Below the pieces are notes generated by a model. The model ran no database searches, was not told the origin of the DNA, and saw nothing but the letters and a program-made list of their open reading frames with translations. This document shows positions 63,841-64,000 of a stretch of 64,000 bases of DNA, piece by piece (positions within the stretch are counted from its first letter, which is position 1; each line of letters starts with the position of its first letter). The DNA is taken from contig NC_043013.1 in NCBI RefSeq assembly GCF_006345805.1, positions 11,532,001-11,596,000 of the forward strand, written 5' to 3'. The position numbers and the translations under genes are program-made. This DNA comes from Octopus sinensis (taxonomy: Eukaryota).

Positions 63841-64000
63841 CAACAAGAAACACACAAAAAACAAAAAAAACAACAGCAACGCGAGGACGTGGAACAAATT
63901 AGTATTATTGGACGCTCAGGAAAGAAGGAAAGAAGGAGGGTTTAACGTTTCGAGCGGATCTCTTCGTCGGAACATAGGAGAAGGAAAGATCCAGAGAAGG
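63841..64000 (-). mobile_element. Probable Penelope-like pseudo-LTR, cut by the window edge
   Basis: Carries the same minimal hammerhead-like core as the PLE at 33.2 kb; no coding part inside the window. Confidence 0.5.
63940..63974 (-). ncRNA. Minimal hammerhead-ribozyme-like motif (variant core)
   Basis: Minus strand GTT-CCGACGAA-GAG-ATCCG-CTC-GAAACGTT-AAAC; stem I GTT/AAC, stem II GAG/CTC. Confidence 0.55.

Overview
AT-rich, extremely microsatellite-dense animal genomic DNA. The SINE set (tRNA-headed families resembling the octopus OK/OR1/OR2 types) and the repeat landscape point to a cephalopod, most likely Octopus; this is inference, not a database result. No intact host protein-coding gene is recognisable, and nearly all ORFs in the track are translations of simple repeats. 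The window is mostly mobile-element debris. There are four tRNA-headed SINE groups, labelled A-D here as working names. There is a largely complete but disabled R4/Dong-type RLE LINE (23.65-26.5 kb) plus several other Dong fragments, sitting in or beside (TAA)n tracts. There are also CR1, RTE and Tx1/L1 fragments, a Penelope-like element with a GIY-YIG domain, a full-length degenerate Tc1, mariner deletion derivatives and two hAT MITEs with 8-bp TSDs. Four observations stand out. (1) A full-length U6 snRNA copy is fused directly to the 3' terminal stem-loop of the local CR1 family (58879-59036). (2) That same CR1 tail, with a covarying hairpin, ends SINE family A. (3) Two minimal hammerhead-like motifs, one in a clear Penelope-like element and one in a likely second one, share a non-canonical CCGACGAA core. 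(4) SINE family B occurs as multimers with one fixed tail-to-body junction at three independent loci. Repeat boundaries were read by eye and are approximate (tens of bp) unless TIR/TSD positions are given.
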